Positions 59,175-64,000 of a DNA stretch of 64,000 bases are shown in pieces. Within the stretch, counting starts at the first letter, position 1; every line of letters starts with the position of its first letter. The stretch is from an uncultured cyanobacterium (GTDB lineage Bacteria > Cyanobacteriota > Cyanobacteriia > Cyanobacteriales > CAWCAG01), in assembly GCA_963793425.1 (NCBI GenBank), contig CAWCAG010000009.1, positions 640,001 through 704,000 on the forward strand. The letters are read 5' to 3'. Made by a program: the position numbers and the translations under genes. The notes under the pieces are model-generated. The model saw only the letters and a program-made list of their open reading frames with translations, made no database searches and had not been told where the DNA came from.

Positions 59175-60851
59175 ATGGAATTTAACTACGCCTATCAAGG
59201 TAGCACCGCAGTACAGGAGAAAGGGAATAACACCCAGATGTCTTTTTCTCCTGATACCAAGCGTCAACCTACTTATTTTATTGGCGATCTGCGTAAACAC
59301 GTTGCTTTTCGCGAAGCCATTAGTGCCTTACATGATGTCGTCGTTTCTGACTTACGTTTCCAGCCGAAAGATAAAACCGAATATAAAGAATGGGCTGCTA
59401 AACAGTTAGATATTGACTGGCAAATGGTCGCTGCACAAAAACAGGAAGTGGCCGCGAAAATGCAACAATTACAGAAAGAACTTCAAGCCCTCGACCATGA
59501 TAGTTATCAACGTCGTCGCCCTTTTTATGAGGCGCAACGTCGCTATTTCAATTATTTGTATAAAAAGAACTATGATCTTTGGTTTGTTCTTGATCCGGTG
59601 ATTACTGTTCATCCTGACGAAGTATTCTTTGAATGTTTTAGCCAAGATGAATCGAGTTATGGCAGGCTAGGGGCAAGTTATGAAGTCTTTGCCAATATTA
59701 ACGAATTTTCTTGCGGCACAACCAACATTGATTATTCTGCTTCCCTTTACAACGAATTTCAAAAAATCCGTAGTTACAAAACCACGCAATTTCAAATTGA
59801 TCCTTCCGGCTTTGAAGTAGAAACTAGCAACGAAGAAGTTTATAAAGAAGTTAAAATTGATCTTCCTGATAGTTGGGTAAGGGGCTTTTTACAAGTTAGT
59901 TCGGCGATGTCCCTTCCTGCAACCCGGTTTGAATTGCATCCTGTCGATATTCAAAACATCTGCTTCATCCTCCGTCGCCGCAAGGAAAAGAAAGGGCCAA
60001 GGGGAATGCGTTATCATCTCAAACCAGGGGAACCAATTAAGGTAGTATTTGAACCATGGGAACAAGAACTTATTTGTCCCCGTTCTCTTTATACAGGTTC
60101 AACAGCAGAAGTGATTAGGGTTTGGGGTCGTCGCCGCCTCCATATTCTCGAACGCCTTATTCCCGTCGCCAAGAAATTTACTGTTCATCTTTTAGGTACA
60201 GGAATGCCTTCTTTTTATGTGGCAGACTTAGGAGATATGTCTTTTACCCTTGGTTTATCTGGTTGGACAGCCAATGATTGGTCACAATCTGGTAACTTCG
60301 ATTTAATGGCCCCCCGTGCAGAAATTGACCGTTGGACGAAGCGTCATATTTTTGATGAACTAAAGAAAAACTGGGCAGAAACTCCCGATGCCTTGGCACA
60401 ACGTCTCAATCTTGACCGGGCTGTGGTGTTAGGGGCTTTAAGCGCTTATACCCAAGCAGGAAGGGCAATTTATGACTTAAACAAGCAGGTTTATCGGGTT
60501 AGGGAATTAACTCAAGAACCCTTACCTTTGGAAAGATTACGCTTTGCCAATGCTAGGGAGGAACAAGCAAATCGTTTCTTAACTGACAATGGGGTGAAGA
60601 TAACCTCTGTTACCGAAGATGCGAAGGGAAGTTATCTTCTGCAAGGTAATGTTGCAGATGGAGATAAAACCTACAACCCTTCTTTAACTATCGATGGTGA
60701 TGAACGTTTAGTACAAGCAGAATGTGGTTGCAACTGGTATCAACAAAACAAACTTTACAAAGGACCTTGTGAACATATGTTGGCATTGCGGTTGCAACAT
60801 GGGCGTTTATCAATGATGCCTAGCAGCAACAGCAAGGTAAACAACGATTAA
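59175..60851 (+). CDS. SWIM zinc-finger family protein
   Basis: LDPVITVHPD..FFECFSQDESSY, IDLPDSWVRGFLQV, C-terminal CGC...GPCEH. Confidence 0.9.
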   Translation: MEFNYAYQGSTAVQEKGNNTQMSFSPDTKRQPTYFIGDLRKHVAFREAISALHDVVVSDLRFQPKDKTEYKEWAAKQLDIDWQMVAAQKQEVAAKMQQLQKELQALDHDSYQRRRPFYEAQRRYFNYLYKKNYDLWFVLDPVITVHPDEVFFECFSQDESSYGRLGASYEVFANINEFSCGTTNIDYSASLYNEFQKIRSYKTTQFQIDPSGFEVETSNEEVYKEVKIDLPDSWVRGFLQVSSAMSLPATRFELHPVDIQNICFILRRRKEKKGPRGMRYHLKPGEPIKVVFEPWEQELICPRSLYTGSTAEVIRVWGRRRLHILERLIPVAKKFTVHLLGTGMPSFYVADLGDMSFTLGLSGWTANDWSQSGNFDLMAPRAEIDRWTKRHIFDELKKNWAETPDALAQRLNLDRAVVLGALSAYTQAGRAIYDLNKQVYRVRELTQEPLPLERLRFANAREEQANRFLTDNGVKITSVTEDAKGSYLLQGNVADGDKTYNPSLTIDGDERLVQAECGCNWYQQNKLYKGPCEHMLALRLQHGRLSMMPSSNSKVNND

Positions 60852-60912
60852 TAAACATCTGAAACCGCTTGAATAGTCACCGTCTATTTTTTGAAGTAAG
60901 AAAACTATTACT

Positions 60913-61236
60913 ATGCAAATTGAAGATTATTTTGACTTTTTGAGTCCTAATGATATTAGAATCAAAAACTCTCGCATTGGTATAGAAACCATATTGTATG
61001 AGTACCTTTATAATCGCCAAACTTTAGAAGGAATTTCTCAGCTTTATTCCAACCTTACTTTAGAGCAAATTCATGCCACAATTCTTTATTATTTACATAA
61101 CCCAGAAACTATAACTCAATACATGGCAGATTGGCTTAAACATTGTCAAGAAGGAGCTAAAAAACAAGATACAAATCCGCCAGAATATGTACTGATATTG
61201 CGACGCTTGAAAGCTGAAAAAGGTAAGTTAGGATGA
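60913..61236 (+). CDS. DUF433 family protein (antitoxin-like)
   Basis: IRIKNSRIGIETIL, LTLEQIHATILYY. Confidence 0.88.
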   Translation: MQIEDYFDFLSPNDIRIKNSRIGIETILYEYLYNRQTLEGISQLYSNLTLEQIHATILYYLHNPETITQYMADWLKHCQEGAKKQDTNPPEYVLILRRLKAEKGKLG

Positions 61237-61260
61237 GTATCCAATACCTAATTAATGTTT

Positions 61261-61893
61261 CTAAAATAAACCACAGCCATTTTCAGCAAATTCAGTTACC
61301 GTTTGTTCTGATAGTTCATGAGTGGTTAAAGACTGTAAAATGGGTAAAGGAAGAGTAAGGTGGTGGGCCCCTGCTTGTAAGGCAGCAACGGCTTCTTCTG
61401 GGGACTTAATGCTGGCCGCCAAAATCTCTGTTTTGCTACCCTGCAACACCTTAGCCATTCCTTCAACTAAAGCCAAACCATCACCCAATAATCGTGTCGC
61501 CCGATTAACATAGGCGATTCCATATTTCACTCCTGCTTCCCTAGCAACAGCAGCTTGGGCAGGGCTATAAATAGCAGTGATCGAACAGCTAATTTCTGAG
61601 GCTAAATAAGCGGCAACGCGAAAACCAACTTCTGTGGCAGGAATTTTTAAAACCGTTTTCTCGCCAATAATCTCAACAGCTTTTTTCCCTTCTGTCACCA
61701 TGTGGGCAAAGTCTGAAGCAGTAAGTTGATAATAAAGTTCCCCAGGACTAATTTTTGCTAATTTAGTAAGGGTTTCTGCCACTCCTAAACTGCTTTTAGC
61801 CAAAAGAGTGGGATTTGTGGTAATCCCTTTTACCCAACCCATTTCTGTAGCTGTCTTCGCTTCTTCAATTAGTGCGGAATCGAGATAAAGCAT
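61261..61893 (-). CDS. Transaldolase family protein (short TalC/FSA type)
   Basis: LYLDSA, GITTNPTL, LKIPAT, YVNR, LAASIK. Confidence 0.9.
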   Translation of the reverse strand: MLYLDSALIEEAKTATEMGWVKGITTNPTLLAKSSLGVAETLTKLAKISPGELYYQLTASDFAHMVTEGKKAVEIIGEKTVLKIPATEVGFRVAAYLASEISCSITAIYSPAQAAVAREAGVKYGIAYVNRATRLLGDGLALVEGMAKVLQGSKTEILAASIKSPEEAVAALQAGAHHLTLPLPILQSLTTHELSEQTVTEFAENGCGLF

Positions 61894-61965
61894 ATGGTTG
61901 TTAGAAAGTAGGGTGAGCGGTTAGTTAAGTCATATAATAACTTGAAATAGAGAGGGAAAGGCATC

Positions 61966-62733
61966 ATGGCGATAATCGCTTTGAAAGCTTGGTATATTGA
62001 AGACTACGAACCAATTAAACAGGTAATTCAACGACCTCATGATTTGCGCTTGAGTAGGAATAGCTTGCTTAAATCAGGGCTACGGGCAGACTTTTTGAAC
62101 GATACTCAAGAAGTGCGAAATTCTGATTGGTTTGAGCGCTATTTAGAAGGAGAAGAGATAGAATTTTATGTTGAAGGTAGTGGCGGCTATGCTATTTCTA
62201 ATATTGATCTTATTTCCCAAGAAATCTATTTTACTAAACAAGACCTCAGCGCTACTTTAGAACCAATTATTTATTTTAGCTGCCAAAAAGAATACCCTGA
62301 TTCTAGCACTATGCTGCGAGAAAACTTGATTGCTGCCTTAGATGATTTTAATGAGCGATCGCGCCTTCCCCTTACCTTAGAAGAGTCTCTATTTCCTACA
62401 GAAGGCCCTGTACGCTTAAGTAGTCGTCAATTACGAAAAATTCGTAAAAGCTTACTTTTTGTTGCTGACGGAACCATTGTTACAAAAGGGGGAGAAGACA
62501 AGCAACAATTAATTCCTAGCCCTAATGTTTGTGTAGAAATTGGTTATGCAATTCATAGTAAAAAATCTGGTCAAGTTCTTTTAACTCGACAGAAACGCCC
62601 AGAATTCTCTGGTAATTATCCTTTTGATTTACCTAATCGCCAACAATTAACTTTCCAAGATAGTCAAGAATTAAGCAAAACTTTACCAACTACTTTAGAA
62701 AGTTTGCTGAAAAGATTTAATTTATTTAACTAA
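61966..62733 (+). CDS. Conserved cyanobacterial hypothetical protein with C-terminal NDT/TIR-like motif
   Basis: RBS present; KIRKSLLFVADGT...PSPNVCVEIGYA. Confidence 0.75.
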   Translation: MAIIALKAWYIEDYEPIKQVIQRPHDLRLSRNSLLKSGLRADFLNDTQEVRNSDWFERYLEGEEIEFYVEGSGGYAISNIDLISQEIYFTKQDLSATLEPIIYFSCQKEYPDSSTMLRENLIAALDDFNERSRLPLTLEESLFPTEGPVRLSSRQLRKIRKSLLFVADGTIVTKGGEDKQQLIPSPNVCVEIGYAIHSKKSGQVLLTRQKRPEFSGNYPFDLPNRQQLTFQDSQELSKTLPTTLESLLKRFNLFN

Positions 62734-62965
62734 CTGAATAAGGGCCATATTCTTGTTGATATGCAGTTTCGTTAATAGTCGTTTTACAAGTAAGTTGCTT
62801 TTGCTCATCTACTTTAATGGTAACTGTTATTTGTAACACTCCTTGTCCATAAGTTGGCAAATCTTTAATCACAACAGCAGTAATGATTTCTGTGCCATAA
62901 CTATGCTGTTGTACAAGTTTGATTTCTACAGAGTTTTGCTGATCAAGAGCAGTAGAAAGTACTTC
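62726..62965 (-). pseudogene. Start-less fragment resembling an Hsp70 substrate-binding beta domain
   Basis: EVLSTALDQQNSVEIKLVQ...KDLPTYGQGVLQITVTIKVD resembles DnaK FSTAADNQ.SV.I.V.Q...G.PQIEVTFDID. Confidence 0.5.
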
Positions 62966-63190
62966 TTACTGATCATTGATAGTAATATACTGAAGTTGAT
63001 TAGCAACTCTCTCTAACCATGCTTGCACAGCCGGAAAGAAGTTTAATTCAAAACCGCCTTCTTCGGCCACATGGGTATAAGCGAATAAAGAAATATCAGC
63101 GATAGTGTAGCGATTTTCGACAAAAAACTCTTGCTTTTGTAAATGATTTTCCATCACCTTCAAAGCAGCATAACCTAATGCTTGCTTTTA
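62966..63190 (-). pseudogene. Glutathione S-transferase, C-terminal fragment (5' truncated)
   Basis: GYAALKVMENHL...YTIADISLFAYTHVAEEGGF.L..FPAVQAWL.RV; no N-terminal domain upstream. Confidence 0.82.
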
Positions 63191-63350
63191 TTGTCTCACT
63201 GTGCAAGTCCTAAGATTGTTAAAACTTATTTAGAGAGCTTTCTTAAATCATTGGTTCTCAAAAAGTATTTGATGATATTACTTTAGATGTCCTGGAGCAA
63301 AGAGATTAAATTATTCTCAATTCTCCTACTAGAGTAGAGTTTCCCGTCTT

Positions 63351-63413
63351 TTTCCTCATACTCTTGACAGTTTTGTAGTATTTGTGTAATATAAAACTGT
63401 AGTGATGAGGAAA
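63351..63413 (+). promoter_or_regulatory. Sigma70-type promoter of the tRNA array inside a long imperfect palindrome
   Basis: TTGACA 63364-63369, 17-nt spacer, TAATAT 63387-63392; arms TTTCCTCAT/ATGAGGAAA and ACAGTTTT/AAAACTGT; repeated TGTA(G/A)T motifs. Confidence 0.7.
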
Positions 63414-63424
63414 TTTATAAAACT

Positions 63425-63436
63425 GCACCTTGAAAA
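63425..63436 (+). promoter_or_regulatory. boxA-like antitermination element GCACCTTGAAAA
   Basis: Resembles cyanobacterial rrn boxA (GAACCTTGAAAA); lies between the promoter and the first tRNA. Confidence 0.55.
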
Positions 63437-63526
63437 TTAAATATATAATACATCTTTTCAATTTTGATGCACTAATACAACAGTTGCGGGGATGCAGTAT
63501 CTTGCATTCCTATCAACACAGTAAAA

Positions 63527-63598
63527 GCATCGGTAGCCAAGTAGCAAGGCGTTGGTCTGCAAAACCAATCATCGTGGGTGCAATTCCCACCCGATGCT
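63527..63598 (+). tRNA. tRNA-Cys(GCA)
   Basis: Acceptor GCATCGG/CCGATGC, anticodon arm TTGGT-CTGCAAA-ACCAA, T arm GTGGG-TGCAATT-CCCAC, U73. Confidence 0.9.
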
Positions 63599-63620
63599 TT
63601 TACTGTGTTACATAAAATTT

Positions 63621-63705
63621 GGGTCGGCTCGCCTATAAGGGTGGGTAGCGGTCTGTAAAACCGTCACCTAGAGTGTTGTAGGTGCGAATCCTACCCGACC
63701 CACCA
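63621..63705 (+). tRNA. tRNA-Tyr(GTA), atypical D arm, CCA encoded
   Basis: GGGTCGG/CCGACCC, GCGGT-CTGTAAA-ACCGT, long variable region, GTAGG-TGCGAAT-CCTAC, ACCA. Confidence 0.85.
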
Positions 63706-63712
63706 ATGTTAA

Positions 63713-63799
63713 GGAGAGGTGGCCGAGTGGCTTAAGGCGCGGTCTTGGAAAGGCTGATCGGAGTTTACACCGACGGGGGTTCAAATCCCTCCCTCTCCG
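63713..63799 (+). tRNA. tRNA-Ser(GGA)
   Basis: GGAGAGG/CCTCTCC, CGGTC-TTGGAAA-GGCTG, long variable arm, GGGGG-TTCAAAT-CCCTC, G73. Confidence 0.9.
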
Positions 63800-63844
63800 C
63801 CTATTTGTTGGAGTAGTCCATCGAAACCGCAGCATTGCATTATA

Positions 63845-63875
63845 GCTCTGTGGTGTCACTGGCAACATCTCGCAC
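63845..63875 (+). pseudogene. Probable truncated tRNA 5' half
   Basis: GCTCTG-TG-GTGT-CACTGGCA-ACAT resembles acceptor strand plus D arm (compare the Thr gene); no anticodon or T arm follows. Confidence 0.35.
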
Positions 63876-63877
63876 AT

Positions 63878-63955
63878 CGCAGGGATGGAGCAACAGTTGG
63901 CTCACCAGGCTCATGCCCTGGAAATCTGTGAGTGCAATTCTCACCCCTGCTACCA
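63878..63955 (+). tRNA. tRNA-Met(CAT), initiator-like but atypical, CCA encoded
   Basis: CGCAGGG/CCCTGCT with C1:U72 mismatch, CCAGG-CTCATGC-CCTGG, GTGAG-TGCAATT-CTCAC, ACCA. Confidence 0.85.
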
Positions 63956-63962
63956 ATACTTT

Positions 63963-64000
63963 GCAGGTATAATGTCAATTAGCAACATGAGGCTTTTGTA
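63963..64000 (+). tRNA. tRNA, probably Thr(TGT), cut by the window edge
   Basis: GCAGGTA-TA-ATGT...ACAT-G-AGGCT-TT-TGT-A. Confidence 0.6.

Noticed and set aside
890..61513. Many 60-120 aa ORFs nested in or antisense to long genes
   Set aside because: Shadow frames of confidently assigned genes with no independent motifs
63430..63877. Short ORFs 63430-63615 (+) and 63668-63877 (-)
   Set aside because: They overlap well-formed tRNA genes

Overview
AT-rich cyanobacterial chromosome segment. Evidence: many HIP1 GCGATCGC octamers, heptamer STRR tandem repeats, chlM and cyanobacterial signalling genes. Contents: housekeeping genes (3' end of trpA, a Ski2/HelY-like helicase, gdhA, glyQ, chlM, moeB, lpxD, bolA-grxD, dps, a short transaldolase-family gene); metal(loid) genes (acr3-arsC with a visible ArsR-type operator, chrA, CsoR/InrS); several multi-domain signalling modules; and a ~14 kb glycan-modification cluster (23.5-37.3 kb: glycosyltransferases, three sulfotransferases, a phosphodiesterase/sulfatase-fold protein, a 2OG-Fe(II) oxygenase, a Kelch protein and an aldo/keto reductase). 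The right edge holds the start of a cryptic tRNA array (Cys, Tyr, Ser, fMet-like, Thr) with atypical tRNAs, a promoter inside a long palindrome and a boxA-like site. Small-scale mobile DNA: a 21-nt SDR5-like insert that splits a HIP1 site in frame inside a kinase gene, related 24-nt inserts in heptamer arrays, two REP-like hairpins, a ~60-bp IS200/IS605-like mini-element and an IS630 scar. Several genes are broken by internal deletions, truncations or a frameshift. All assignments come from reading motifs by eye; no searches were run.
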